Shown here: positions 9,052 through 19,875 of the stretch, piece by piece | Layout: each line of letters opens with the position of its first letter | How positions within the stretch are numbered: the stretch's first letter is position 1 | Source of the DNA: a virus | Direction: 5' to 3' (one strand) | DNA: 64,000 nucleotides | IMG/VR virus record: IMGVR_UViG_3300028840_003924 | Location: 72,133-136,132 of that record | The notes under the pieces: generated by a model | What the model saw: the letters and a program-made list of their open reading frames with translations, nothing else | The model's database searches: none | What the model was told of the DNA's origin: nothing | Position numbers and translations under genes: made by a program

Positions 9052-11142
9052 CTATAGGGTTGCCACTGTTCCCGCACCCGCACTAGCGGCACCCACACCT
9101 GCGGCACCCGCACCTGCGGCACCCAACCCAGTACAAGTTGGGAACCAACCCATTATGGGCACAACCGACGTAGCTTCATCTGATGCTGAAACGAAAACTC
9201 TATCACTTATAGTTAGTCCACAAGGACCCCAACAGGCTACCGGCATAAAGCATGGCACCGTGTTTGGCCCCAACTCCACCGAGTCACAATCGAGACCAGC
9301 GCCCAGAGCAATAATGTCGTCTGCGAAGTGAACCTCTACCCCACTCTTATAGAAATACACCTCATTAGCCATGTGGAAATCACTCTCGGTTACAAAGGTT
9401 ATTTTCGACGCCGGGTAACCAGGAAAGTCCTTAATTCCCACCTGTTCTACCCAAATATCAGTACTAACACCTATGTAGTAACCACCAGATTTGAGAAGAA
9501 TGAAACCGGGATCACTTGGTGGTGATTCTTGCATTCTGAATAGGTGTGGGCCATGCTCATTCTTCTTCTGCGGAGACATCAACTCAATGAACTGACCTTC
9601 CGCATCGCCATCTTGGTTATTGTCATCTCGCATCAAAAGCTGCAAGCCATAACCCGTTTTCAAAGCGACATAGGCTTTATCAGCGTTAGCTGTTGGCTCA
9701 CCCCCCTCTTTACGGTCGGGCGGCTTGTTATCGACACCCTCGTCAACCATCATCAAGCTGTGCTTCGATGTACTCTCAATCTTGATGTGACGAAATTCGC
9801 CACCCTTTTTGCTCGATAAGGTGTGATCATTCAACTCGACTCGATGCCCAGCAGCGGTAACAATCTGAATGCCATTCGGTTCAAATTCCGGGTCTGACTG
9901 GTGGATGAAATCGCCTGATCGAATGTTCGGCTCATCCTCGGCATCACCCAATTTGATCATGTGACCCGTTGCACTCTTCATGTACATCTTGCCGTAGAAC
10001 TTATTTTCACAGCCGAATGGGAAAGGTGCTGTTCCCCGCTCCCAGTTCGGTATTCCCTCTGGCTCACTCACTTCATCGTCCATGACAAAAACGTGACCAC
10101 TGATTGAGGAAAGAAAAACCCCCGTTTGCTTCAAGATGCATTTATTGTTTTGAGGTGTACACGGACCCCTAAAGGCTCTTACTTCACTCTCGTGCTTGAA
10201 TAGTTGATTCTCACATTCAATTTCCGCATAATCACCACACATTGGTGGCTGCCTTACCTTACGGCAGTCTTCATCGTCACCAATAAACGGGTCAGAACAC
10301 GCTATCCCACTCCCAGGCCCACCACTAGCATTAGGACCGCACTCGCAAGCCTTTGGATTGACATGCTGTGCCGCTGCATGCATGTGGTCGTCCCACATGA
10401 GAAACGTGTGGCCACCACTAGAACCCAATTCCAAGTGTGTGAAACGCTGATTACAATAGTAATTGCCATCATCGAACTTCAGACGATGTTTCCCCGGCGT
10501 CTTGATCTCATAGATATGAGAAGGCGTCACCTTGAGAAGAGCTTCCGTGTCCTGCTCAAAAGACTTGAGGTCATCGAAATCCTTAATGTTGTAGTTCTCC
10601 GTATTAGACGGAGGTAGTACTTGCGACTCATCATTCTTTCCAACGAAGTAACCGTTACGATGACCTTGGTGGATGCATTCATACTCGGGAACGCCGACAT
10701 TCCAACTATGTGGTGGTTCCCCACGGTTTCTCGTCCAAGTGGTCCCCACGTAGTAAGGCAAATGGCGGTCACCATTCTCGAAAATAATGCAAACCGTGGA
10801 ACCTGCGGGAGGGACCCATAAGGCCCCAGAGTCATCAAAGCCACTCAGTGTGGAGATTGGCCATGCCCACGGAAGAGAATCAACTGGTGTTTCTTTTGGC
10901 GAAATGGCTGGGTGATAGAAACGAATACGACCCTGAGCCCATGGGTCCTTCGTATCAATACAAAGAGCTAAATGTAAACCATAAAGAGCTTCACTCTGAG
11001 TGTCCAAAACCCAGTTCTTTTTCAAAGCAGATTGAACTGCTTGAAGGGTGTTGTACGCAAACTCACTAAACGTATCCTCTACGCTTGTAAGTCGTTCATC
11101 AATTTCAAAGACCCTTTTGAGAGTGTCATTAACCCATTTCAT
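9052..11142 (-). CDS. Baseplate central spike (gp5/VgrG OB-fold), Cys-rich
   Basis: DTKDPWAQGRIR...LPWAWP...VPPAGSTVCIIFENGD..PYYVG OB-fold; repeated SGH..MDD beta-helix units; GGAGGAG RBS at ATG 11142. Confidence 0.85.
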   Translation of the reverse strand: MKWVNDTLKRVFEIDERLTSVEDTFSEFAYNTLQAVQSALKKNWVLDTQSEALYGLHLALCIDTKDPWAQGRIRFYHPAISPKETPVDSLPWAWPISTLSGFDDSGALWVPPAGSTVCIIFENGDRHLPYYVGTTWTRNRGEPPHSWNVGVPEYECIHQGHRNGYFVGKNDESQVLPPSNTENYNIKDFDDLKSFEQDTEALLKVTPSHIYEIKTPGKHRLKFDDGNYYCNQRFTHLELGSSGGHTFLMWDDHMHAAAQHVNPKACECGPNASGGPGSGIACSDPFIGDDEDCRKVRQPPMCGDYAEIECENQLFKHESEVRAFRGPCTPQNNKCILKQTGVFLSSISGHVFVMDDEVSEPEGIPNWERGTAPFPFGCENKFYGKMYMKSATGHMIKLGDAEDEPNIRSGDFIHQSDPEFEPNGIQIVTAAGHRVELNDHTLSSKKGGEFRHIKIESTSKHSLMMVDEGVDNKPPDRKEGGEPTANADKAYVALKTGYGLQLLMRDDNNQDGDAEGQFIELMSPQKKNEHGPHLFRMQESPPSDPGFILLKSGGYYIGVSTDIWVEQVGIKDFPGYPASKITFVTESDFHMANEVYFYKSGVEVHFADDIIALGAGLDCDSVELGPNTVPCFMPVACWGPCGLTISDRVFVSASDEATSVVPIMGWFPTCTGLGAAGAGAAGVGAASAGAGTVATL

Positions 11143-11149
11143 GCTCCTC

Positions 11150-12892
11150 CTATTGCATTCGTGCGCCGCTCGCATTACCTCCCAGCAACTTATCCCAGTC
11201 AATCGTTGAGCCGGGTGCCGGTAGGGTCAGTTTTAGAGTAGTAGTATACGACCCAGGTTTGATATCATGATGTATACCGAAGACATACCACTTGAAGTTA
11301 CTGAAACTCTCGTTGCAAGTCGAGTTAGCTAAAGACCCGGTGGTACCAGAAGGCACCCACTCCGGGCAACCACCAGGAGCCGCAGGGCCAATTTCGGTGC
11401 TAATTAAACCACTTGATGTCCGACGAGTTTGAACAGTACCTGCCTGTAAGAAGAATGGGTTGATCACGATAAGCGATACATGAGCCTGCTTCATCACAAA
11501 AGGATGATCTAAAGTGGGGTCTCCTTGTATTCTCAATTCAGCAGTGATTGGTTCATAATTTCGGTTCGCTCGGGTATGCTTACTATCCGCCTCCATAACA
11601 GCATTTCCAGCATTATCGGTCCCGTGTATTCTCACGGAGCCGTCATCCGCAGCTACAATACTAAGAAGGCCACCTCGGCTTTCTTCTTGACAAGCATCGT
11701 TTAGCTTTGCATCGTTATGATCCTTTTGTTTCAAACCCCTAGCGGTAGTTCTATCATGGTGACCACCCGTGTTCGCCGCCCACATGAAACTCCACTTAAC
11801 CTGCGGGTTAAACTCAATTACCGGACTGCAATAACCACCATTGACAATGTACGTACCAAGATGATTATTACCAACCTTACCCGTAGCACGACTTACTGTT
11901 TCGCTGGGTTTTGGTGACCCGTCTTCCCAAATTGCAATCGTTGGGTCTGGGTCTGTATCATGCCACTCAAATCGTACACCCTTGTCATTCTTGGTCACGG
12001 CCCCAGCCATAGAAATCCAATGCTTCGCAGCTTTGTATGCCGCCAAACCTTTGGAATCATAGGGTCTCTTGTAATCCTGCTTCCAAAACTCCTTGGCAGT
12101 TTTTTGTTCGTGCTTGCCGGTACTTGCATTTCGCCAGTGATATTGAACCTTAGCTGGTGGACAACCCGCAGCGAACAACTGATCTAAAGCATCTCCTAAG
12201 GCAACCGGTTCCTTATCAGTACCAACGATCACGTTAGTGGTACCTTCGAGCCCGATCTTCATCTGGTCAACAGCTTGCAAAACAAATGTGTAACCCTTGT
12301 CGAACTTCACGTCCACCTTAATGAGAAGAAAATGATGAAGGCTGCTCCTACTTTGCTTTTTGGGCGACCCCCCATTACAGGTGCTAAACTGCCAGCCAAA
12401 CTGCACGATCACCTGATACTTCTGGCCAGCCTCCGACATATTACTCATCATCTTGGTGAAAAATTTGTGGAAAGCACCACCCTCTTCGTCCATAATTGAG
12501 ATGACGACACCCGAACCGTTATCTTGACCGTATTGAAACGATTTGATTACAGCCTTGTTCTGAAACCGTCTCGATGATTGATTTGAAACGGATATGGTAT
12601 CATTCGTTCCCGCTACCCGTACTTCAACCCATGGAGCGAGTACCTCTGCATCAAGGGGCTTCTTTACCGAACCCTCCTTTCCGTTGGCACTAAATCTCTG
12701 GCCGCATGAATAGGATAGGCATGAAAAACTCCCCGATTCCGAACCAAAGGTAAGCGCACCGGCACCACCACCAGCCCAATTTGGTGGTCGGTCACCATGA
12801 TTTACTCCCCATTTATCCGGACCTACGCCACCAGCACCTACCTTACCCCCATTGCCTCTTGCTGCTGCGCCTCGATTCACGCCATCAACCAT
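11150..12892 (-). CDS. Putative baseplate hub (gp27-like)
   Basis: Position between gp53-like and gp5; VQFGW, AELRIQGDP, WYVFGIHHDIKPGSYTTTLKL. Confidence 0.65.
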   Translation of the reverse strand: MVDGVNRGAAARGNGGKVGAGGVGPDKWGVNHGDRPPNWAGGGAGALTFGSESGSFSCLSYSCGQRFSANGKEGSVKKPLDAEVLAPWVEVRVAGTNDTISVSNQSSRRFQNKAVIKSFQYGQDNGSGVVISIMDEEGGAFHKFFTKMMSNMSEAGQKYQVIVQFGWQFSTCNGGSPKKQSRSSLHHFLLIKVDVKFDKGYTFVLQAVDQMKIGLEGTTNVIVGTDKEPVALGDALDQLFAAGCPPAKVQYHWRNASTGKHEQKTAKEFWKQDYKRPYDSKGLAAYKAAKHWISMAGAVTKNDKGVRFEWHDTDPDPTIAIWEDGSPKPSETVSRATGKVGNNHLGTYIVNGGYCSPVIEFNPQVKWSFMWAANTGGHHDRTTARGLKQKDHNDAKLNDACQEESRGGLLSIVAADDGSVRIHGTDNAGNAVMEADSKHTRANRNYEPITAELRIQGDPTLDHPFVMKQAHVSLIVINPFFLQAGTVQTRRTSSGLISTEIGPAAPGGCPEWVPSGTTGSLANSTCNESFSNFKWYVFGIHHDIKPGSYTTTLKLTLPAPGSTIDWDKLLGGNASGARMQ

Positions 12893-12900
12893 AATCCTCC

Positions 12901-13230
12901 TTAAAACCCTGTTAATGCCGGAATGCGTATCGTAAGACCAGCTTTGTAATGAAAGACATCACTGAAACTATTTGCTTCCATTATCTGCCACCAATAATCC
13001 GGTGTGTTGTAAGCGTACAACGAAGTGATGTCGGGCCGGTATTCTTCACCGGGTGTAATGATTGAAACCAAATCATCAATAGTAGTCTCTTTTAGCTGCC
13101 TCTTGTAAATCTCAAACGTGATAATGCGATCATCGCCCCGCAATAGTACATCGGAACTCATATACCGACTTGTCGTTGGTACAAAGTCACTTTGTTGTGC
13201 ATTTGGTATAACTTCTACAGGAACTGCCAT
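12901..13230 (-). CDS. Baseplate wedge gp53/LysM-like protein
   Basis: YRPDITSLYAYNTPDYWWQIMEAN...GLTIRIP. Confidence 0.85.
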   Translation of the reverse strand: MAVPVEVIPNAQQSDFVPTTSRYMSSDVLLRGDDRIITFEIYKRQLKETTIDDLVSIITPGEEYRPDITSLYAYNTPDYWWQIMEANSFSDVFHYKAGLTIRIPALTGF

Positions 13231-13851
13231 TTACTGTCCTTGTTTTAAGATTCTATCTTGGTTTGGAAGCGAATTAGTTTGTGACCCAGGCGTAGAAGTG
13301 TACACAACGTGCCACGAAGTATTCACTTGGAAGTAGACTGGGTACATGTTTCGGGTATCGATGGGAACCCACGCCACATTTGTGGGGTAGCTGACACTGT
13401 AATTCTCAAGAACGGCACACACAGTTCCATCTGTACCTGTCGGTGTTCCACCACCAACAGGCCCTCCTAGCAATGACCCAAATCGCAACTTACAAACAGG
13501 AGGGGGTTTATACGGAGTGCCTTCTCTGGGATAAACCGCACTTTGTATCGCCCATAAGTTTGATCGATTTTCCTCTAAATCGGTCCACTTAATAGATAAG
13601 AAATGTAACCGCACGGTGACAATCCGATTATCGCTATGCGAATACGTTTTAATCGGATTTGAACGACCAATGATCGAAGTATCCGCATAACTCGCCTTTT
13701 TCGTGTCTGTTACTTCGGGGAGAATCTTCAATTCAATAACAACTGGCCCGCCACCGTTACTAGGAACACTGATTGTAAAATCCTTGCCTAGTGGTCTTAG
13801 ATCACCACCAAGTCGCTCCGTGGCTAACGGCAACTGGGTCGACATAACCAT
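13231..13851 (-). CDS. Tail tube initiator-like protein (gp48/gp54-like)
   Basis: ASYADTSIIGRSNPIKTYSHS, PPPVCKLRFG; start moved to ATG 13851 with GAGG. Confidence 0.75.
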   Translation of the reverse strand: MVMSTQLPLATERLGGDLRPLGKDFTISVPSNGGGPVVIELKILPEVTDTKKASYADTSIIGRSNPIKTYSHSDNRIVTVRLHFLSIKWTDLEENRSNLWAIQSAVYPREGTPYKPPPVCKLRFGSLLGGPVGGGTPTGTDGTVCAVLENYSVSYPTNVAWVPIDTRNMYPVYFQVNTSWHVVYTSTPGSQTNSLPNQDRILKQGQ

Positions 13852-13916
13852 AAGTGCCTCATATTTCAAAAGGAAGGTTTCAGTATATAGGAGCGCCACC
13901 GTTCTATTTACCGGGA

Positions 13917-16900
13917 CTAGCCGGGTCGTGGTGGCACGGGTCCGTGGGAGGGCAATGCCGTCCACGCACCGTCAGGTTGGCCAAAGCCGTACAGGCTTCC
14001 TCTAGGTACTTTTCTAGGCCGGGGGTCCCCCGGCTCGATTTGTGAGTCGTACATATTTGGCGGCGTCTTGTCGATGAACTCAATGAACCGTCGCAGATCG
14101 TCAGCCAACTGCTTCAACCACTTCACCGACTCATCGGTGTTCTTTCGCATACCTTTCAATTCTCGCTTGGTCGCTTCTGTCTCAGGTTTGGAATCTGCAA
14201 CTCGCCTCTCTCGCAGCTTGCCGCCCATGGTCTTTGTTGCACCATCTTCACCAGGAACTCTGGGGGAAATCATAGTTCCCACTGGTAAACCCGCAGCGCT
14301 ACCTGTCAATGGAATCACCGACTTGGCACGTTTATCTTCACGGCGTCCCATCTCAGCCCCAACAGCCGCACCGATAACGGCCCCCACGGGCCCACCAAGA
14401 AGCATACCAGCTACAGCCCCTGCCGCACCATACTTAAGCGAGCGAATACCTTTGCTGCTACCTTTCACTTCCATTGCTTGGTAACGGAATTGCTGTAATT
14501 GTGTTAAATGAATCCTAGTCAATAAGGACACCACCCGTTCGCCAGCGCTTTTCGCTTGACCCGTCTTTGCTGGGAAGCCGAATATTTCGTTCTTGTCGAC
14601 CTTGGCTAGTCCGCCCTTTGTAACGACGCCTCCGGTGTCAAGACTCTGAACCTTAGCGATGTTCTTCGTCGCCTTTTCAAACTCTTGGAGAGACGTACCA
14701 AACATTCGTTGGACGTATAGACTCTTTTCCGTTCTATCCTCCATCGCTCGTATTTGTGACACCTCTCGTGCAGTAGGTGCGGTGAACCCTCTTTGAGCAA
14801 AAATGTCTTTCTTGCGACGAGTCGATTTGTCTTTCGCCTTATCTCCGGTGACGAATAAATTGGCTATCCATTTAGTCCAACTTCCCTGTGGTCCGAGATG
14901 CTTCTTGAAAACGCCAAATGTTAAAGCATTAAGCCCTCCCGTAGCTAACCCCGCAGCCCCAGCAGTAAGCCTCATCCCGGTAGTTACCTTCTCTTGTTCT
15001 ACGCCGAAAATATCAGCAGCGTTAGCAGCGGCACCGAAAGCATTAGTAATCTGGCCTATGGGACCGGGTATCCTTTGCAAAACATTCGTGATCGAGTCGG
15101 CATTATCCACAAACCATTTCCGTAACGGAGACCCCTCTTTAGTTGCAATCTTATAGATTTGTCCACCGGCACCCAATGCTGCGCCAATAGCAGTACCAAT
15201 TCCGGGCGCAATCATAGTTCCGATCAATGCTCCTGAGGCGGCTGCGCCACCAACACCAATAGCTTCATTCAACGCCGTTCCTTGTTTTGCCCCAACCATC
15301 GAACCAAGCATACTTTCGGTGCGAGTACCTCCGGTAAGTACACCAAGTACTGCCGATTCGATCTTTCCCCCTACGCCCTCACCCTTTGCCAAACCAACTC
15401 TCTGGGCCTCAGCTTTTTCAATCTCAGCTTGTGTGGCACCTTGTTCACGGAGTAATTTAACCCGTTCATTAGCTGCGTTGGCTTCCATCACGCCCATCGC
15501 ACCGCCCATAACCGCCATCATTGCCGGACCCAGGTATTTCAGCGTAGCCCCAGCAACGCCCTTCACAGCAGCCCCAGCCCCTAGTTTTTGTGCTGTAGCC
15601 AAACCTTTAGTAGAACCGCCGACTAGTTGTAAACCCCCGGCACCGGCACCGGCTCCACCTAACCTTTGTGCTGTCATCAAACCTTTGGTAGAACCACCAA
15701 CTAATTGTAATCCACCACCGCCACCTCGAATCATAGTTCCTGTTTTCAAACCCGCAGCGCTACCTGCCAACGGAATCACCGACTTAGCAGCACCGCCGCC
15801 TCTAATCATAGTTCCTACTGGTAAACCCGCAGCGGTACCTGCCAATGGGATTACAGACCTAGCGCCACCCATAGCACGGGCTCCACCAGCAACACCAGCA
15901 ACACGACCAACCCGACCCATACCACGACCACCTAAGGCACTCGACAAAGATATTTGCCTTAACAGCCCGATCATAGTCATTCGTTGAATCCTACCTTGCA
16001 TATCATTCGTGTAGATGCTACCGGGTGTAGACGCCTTCAGGAACAAGCCCCTTACGCTCATACCCATCTCTCTCACGACTGGCATCAAACCCCAGAGGAA
16101 TCGGGCGAGGGCAATACCTTGCAACACTAAAGTCGAAAGGGAACCAACCATAATCCCTAATGGCGCTAGCCATATTGCCATTTTTGACATCCACCAACCA
16201 AATGAATCTTGCAACATACCCTGGATTCTATTAAGGTACCTAGCTGAACGTTCTGTGGGGTTTTGTAATGACTGAGCAGCCATTTCCGATTTCGATATAG
16301 AATTATCGATAGCCTCCCTCAAGTCACCTAACTGCTTCTCTCGCTTTTGCGGATTCTGTATCGCCATGATTCTGCTAAGGTTCTCAGGTGTGAATTGGTC
16401 AACTTCACCAACCTCACCCGCCCACGCACCTGCGGCCATAGCAGCGTCACGAGCTTGTTGTGCTGCTGCCATTTGGGCTTCCATACCCATCCGCTGAACA
16501 GCCTCTTGGCGATCCGCAGCGGAAATCCTCGAAAGATGTGCCCTCGCCTCAGTCTCACTACCGAACTTATTTTGCTCTACCAACAGTGTCGCCAACGAAT
16601 CAACCGAGTTGGTGAAGCCTTTATCCATGGCTTTAGATGCTTCGGCGAACATGAGAGATGCTCTTTCTAAATCGAGATTCGCCTTTTCAACATCAGTCAT
16701 ATACTTGGTACGCTTCTCTTCAAGCTCCTTCAAACGATCAGCAAAACTCATATTTGCTCTATTGGCAGCTTCCTGTATCGTACCCAGCTTTCCGACACTC
16801 ATCTTAAAGGTTGCTTGGGCTTGTAAATCTAATTGCGAAATGAGTGCAGAAGCTTCTTTGTATTCGGTAGTATGTCTCCCAAACTTTTCAGTGACCTTGA

Positions 16901-18791
16901 ATAGATCGTTGATGTTAGCAACTTCGAGACGCCTGTCTCCTAATGATTGGGAGAATCGTCGACCAAAATCGGTAATCTGACTACCGAAATACTCATCAAT
17001 GACCTCTCCTCTTTTTTCAAATAGTTGTTCCATGAGGTCTTCACTTCGACCTACTACTCCACTTGCAATTTCCTCAAAAGTGAAACCAGCCTTCTCACCA
17101 GCCTTTAGAAGCAAAAGGGCTGTCCCAGGACCCTGTTGTAACGCCTTGATGAAATTGTCACTTCCTTTAGTTAGGAGGTCCAACGACTCACCCATTTCAC
17201 CTTCGACACCAAGTTTCTGCGCCTCTCCTACCAATCTACTCAAATGACCCGCTGCTTCAGCGGACTCTCCCCCTATATCACGCAAGTTGATAAGCAACTT
17301 TTCGGTAGCCTTGGCAGCTTCAAGTAAGTTCTCACCCACGAGGCCGGTAGTCTTCGCAGTATGTTGGATTTCCCGGTTTACCATGCCCATCTCTGTGGTG
17401 CTGAGCTTCAAGTGCATTTTCCACTTCCGCATCATCTCGGCGGTTTGCTCAGCATCGGAATTTATCATGGTTGAAAGTTTAAGAGCCCCTAGTGCCATCT
17501 TGTTGGCCACCTTAGCATCTTTGATACCGGCACGAACTATCTTGGTACGGGTCTTCAGTACCGTGTTATAGTCTTTGCCAGTTCGATAGATTGCTTCCCT
17601 CGAAAGCACGGAGCGTTCAATATCCGAACTCAATTCACCTTGCACAAATCTTGTTAGTCTAATCTCACGCAGATATTCAGCTTGACTCTTTATGGCCTTC
17701 TCAACACTGAAAGCTCCCTCTATATCAACAGCAATAAGAGCCGCTGTCCATTTTCGGACACCCTCGTCCAGTCCTTTGAGAATTTCTTCCCATCTCGATG
17801 CGACTATTGTTTGTGTCCTCGAATGGACTAAGGCTAATTCATTGGCTTTTTCGAGGTGATCAAGATATGCCTTCATGGCCTGATCACGATTTTCACCCTC
17901 ATCGGACATAGCAAGCTGATTTTCAAGATGCTTCAGTTGAGCCTTATGTCGCTTACTGTAGAATTGTTCTAATTGGCTGGAGAGAACGATAGCTTTCTTC
18001 TGACTCTCATTAGTGTCTTTGTGATCACCCAGCCAATCCGCAAGAATTTTCTTGGTTATGCTTTTTGATTGGTTTAATCTTGCGATATGAAGTTGAAGTG
18101 CCTTATTCCATTTCTCCATACCATCCGCAGCCAGCATTTCCTGCTCTAGGACTTCTTCATGAGTACCCTTAAACTCCTCCATCAAATCATTAGCTTCCTC
18201 CATACTGGCTGTGCTAACGGCACCGGTTAAGACATCCGCAGGTGTCGGAGTTGGCCCAGCGGGTGCCCCTCCAGGTTTCGGCCTACCTGGGGCCGATGCT
18301 GCCATGCTGGCACTGAGTTCGCCGAACTTGCTTTGAAGTTGACCTAGGAGCTTAACCATCTCCTCGGCGAGCTTTTCAAGTCCTTTGTTCTTCGTAGCAA
18401 CAGTATGCTCAGATGCAAGATTAGCAAGCCCCCTTGCAGCGTCTTTCCCTAATGCTTTCTCCACACCCTTTTCAACACTCGCTTCCACATCACTTATAGA
18501 GAGGTCTTTGATCGCTGTACTTTTCTTACTAGGGGCTCGAAGCTCCAAACTTTTGGCCATTTCCATGGTCTTCTTCTGGGCCTTTTCCAAGTCTTCGAGC
18601 TTCTTGTTCATACCCTCGACGGCCTTCACAGCCTCGCCCATAGTCTTAGTCAGTTCTTCATTTTGCTTCTGCCCCTTCTCCATACTATCGGTGAGTTTTT
18701 TGACAATCTCAGACTCCTTAGACCTTCCTGTCGGGCCTAATAAATCCTGACGACTCAATGTCACTTCTTCTCCACGATAGTCAGTTGGCAT
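13917..18791 (-). CDS. Tape measure protein
   Basis: 1624 aa, helical N-half, Gly/Ala-rich hydrophobic segments (GTMIAPGIGTAIGAALG), immediately upstream of baseplate genes. Confidence 0.85.
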   Translation of the reverse strand: MPTDYRGEEVTLSRQDLLGPTGRSKESEIVKKLTDSMEKGQKQNEELTKTMGEAVKAVEGMNKKLEDLEKAQKKTMEMAKSLELRAPSKKSTAIKDLSISDVEASVEKGVEKALGKDAARGLANLASEHTVATKNKGLEKLAEEMVKLLGQLQSKFGELSASMAASAPGRPKPGGAPAGPTPTPADVLTGAVSTASMEEANDLMEEFKGTHEEVLEQEMLAADGMEKWNKALQLHIARLNQSKSITKKILADWLGDHKDTNESQKKAIVLSSQLEQFYSKRHKAQLKHLENQLAMSDEGENRDQAMKAYLDHLEKANELALVHSRTQTIVASRWEEILKGLDEGVRKWTAALIAVDIEGAFSVEKAIKSQAEYLREIRLTRFVQGELSSDIERSVLSREAIYRTGKDYNTVLKTRTKIVRAGIKDAKVANKMALGALKLSTMINSDAEQTAEMMRKWKMHLKLSTTEMGMVNREIQHTAKTTGLVGENLLEAAKATEKLLINLRDIGGESAEAAGHLSRLVGEAQKLGVEGEMGESLDLLTKGSDNFIKALQQGPGTALLLLKAGEKAGFTFEEIASGVVGRSEDLMEQLFEKRGEVIDEYFGSQITDFGRRFSQSLGDRRLEVANINDLFKVTEKFGRHTTEYKEASALISQLDLQAQATFKMSVGKLGTIQEAANRANMSFADRLKELEEKRTKYMTDVEKANLDLERASLMFAEASKAMDKGFTNSVDSLATLLVEQNKFGSETEARAHLSRISAADRQEAVQRMGMEAQMAAAQQARDAAMAAGAWAGEVGEVDQFTPENLSRIMAIQNPQKREKQLGDLREAIDNSISKSEMAAQSLQNPTERSARYLNRIQGMLQDSFGWWMSKMAIWLAPLGIMVGSLSTLVLQGIALARFLWGLMPVVREMGMSVRGLFLKASTPGSIYTNDMQGRIQRMTMIGLLRQISLSSALGGRGMGRVGRVAGVAGGARAMGGARSVIPLAGTAAGLPVGTMIRGGGAAKSVIPLAGSAAGLKTGTMIRGGGGGLQLVGGSTKGLMTAQRLGGAGAGAGGLQLVGGSTKGLATAQKLGAGAAVKGVAGATLKYLGPAMMAVMGGAMGVMEANAANERVKLLREQGATQAEIEKAEAQRVGLAKGEGVGGKIESAVLGVLTGGTRTESMLGSMVGAKQGTALNEAIGVGGAAASGALIGTMIAPGIGTAIGAALGAGGQIYKIATKEGSPLRKWFVDNADSITNVLQRIPGPIGQITNAFGAAANAADIFGVEQEKVTTGMRLTAGAAGLATGGLNALTFGVFKKHLGPQGSWTKWIANLFVTGDKAKDKSTRRKKDIFAQRGFTAPTAREVSQIRAMEDRTEKSLYVQRMFGTSLQEFEKATKNIAKVQSLDTGGVVTKGGLAKVDKNEIFGFPAKTGQAKSAGERVVSLLTRIHLTQLQQFRYQAMEVKGSSKGIRSLKYGAAGAVAGMLLGGPVGAVIGAAVGAEMGRREDKRAKSVIPLTGSAAGLPVGTMISPRVPGEDGATKTMGGKLRERRVADSKPETEATKRELKGMRKNTDESVKWLKQLADDLRRFIEFIDKTPPNMYDSQIEPGDPRPRKVPRGSLYGFGQPDGAWTALPSHGPVPPRPG

Positions 18792-18799
18792 AAGTTATT

Positions 18800-19447
18800 C
18801 TACGCTCCCATAGGTGGCCGTGTGGCGGGCGTTCCTGGTATTGTTGCTGGGCGTGGAGCGGTAGGAGGTATTCCTGGTTTAGCTCCTGGCACTGGCGTTG
18901 CAGCACCCCGTGCCATTTCTTCGGCAGTTGGGTTTACTTGTCGCTGGAGTTGTTGTCGGATCATATCTCGTATCAGCTTCATTTCCTGCGGGTTCGTGCG
19001 GGTTCGACCTTCAAGACTCGGTAATAACTGGGTACGTATCTGATTGCAGTCGAGAAAGTGAATCTTCCGAAGGCCGATTTTCTTATACGTCCGAAAAGCG
19101 TTAACTATATAGGGATCGGGTTTGATGAATTTGTAGTCAAACTGACTGTTCCCGCAGTAGGTCAAAATCAAATTGCGGACGTAGTTGTACGTCAGGTAGT
19201 GGAGATTGACACCTTTAATCCGATCTGGTAAAACCCTCGTCACAAGAATCAGTGGACTGGCATCATGTTTCCAGAACAGGTACTGACAACTAACGAGTGT
19301 CCCCCGCTGTAACCGGTTGATTGGCATGAACGGTAGCCAGTTCAATAGCCTTGAAAAGAAGCCGGGTTGTTGTTGCGGTTGCGGCTTTTGTGCCTGCCGA
19401 CCAAAAAGTGCTGGTTGTTTTCCTTCAGGTCTACCAAAAAGTGGCAT
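18800..19447 (-). CDS. DNA end protector-like protein (T4 gp2-like)
   Basis: PLILVTRV...IKGVNLHYL and FRTY motifs. Confidence 0.6.
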   Translation of the reverse strand: MPLFGRPEGKQPALFGRQAQKPQPQQQPGFFSRLLNWLPFMPINRLQRGTLVSCQYLFWKHDASPLILVTRVLPDRIKGVNLHYLTYNYVRNLILTYCGNSQFDYKFIKPDPYIVNAFRTYKKIGLRKIHFLDCNQIRTQLLPSLEGRTRTNPQEMKLIRDMIRQQLQRQVNPTAEEMARGAATPVPGAKPGIPPTAPRPATIPGTPATRPPMGA

Positions 19448-19477
19448 GTTCTCTCCGGATGAGCGTACATACTACAT

Positions 19478-19738
19478 ATGAGAGACTACGACCAATTCTT
19501 TGAAGCGAAAACCACTGACACTCGATATATGAATGCGATTGTTTCGCTTGCCGCAGCAATAGCCGGGGTCTTCAAACGCTACTCCAGAGGCACCCGCAAG
19601 ACGGCTTGGCGGGCAATATCAACTGGTCAGGGCAAAAAGGAAGTTGAAAGGTTGCTCCTCAACCCAGACCTTCCCGTCACGAGGTTCCGAAGGATCACGA
19701 GGCGAAACTTCAAGGAATGGATGGCCGAGGAGCGTTAA
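19478..19738 (+). CDS. Hypothetical protein, possible internal head protein
   Basis: N-terminal MRDYDQFFE and C-terminal FKEWMAEE motifs. Confidence 0.55.
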   Translation: MRDYDQFFEAKTTDTRYMNAIVSLAAAIAGVFKRYSRGTRKTAWRAISTGQGKKEVERLLLNPDLPVTRFRRITRRNFKEWMAEER

Positions 19739-19822
19739 TTCCCCCTCTTATGCGGTATGAACTACCACTAAAGTAGTAAGATAAACCGTATTTTCCGAAT
19801 TTTTGCCAAATTGGACATTGGG

Positions 19823-19834
19823 TTGTGCTATACT
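19823..19834 (+). promoter_or_regulatory. Extended -10 sigma70-type promoter
   Basis: TTGTGCTATACT, identical 12-mer at 26655-26666; upstream of ATG 19876. Confidence 0.6.
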
Positions 19835-19875
19835 CCTAGTGGAAGAGTAAACAAATCCTCTACTGGAGACAAACA

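Noticed and set aside
14068-18750. Plus-strand ORFs antisense to the tape measure gene (e.g. 15319-15987)
   Set aside because: Shadow frames of a Gly/Ala-rich gene, without RBS or motifs
3198-18791. Bacterial eCIS/T6SS/tailocin locus instead of a phage
   Set aside because: Long tape measure, gp2-like gene, dense small orphan ORFs and no cellular housekeeping operons fit a phage
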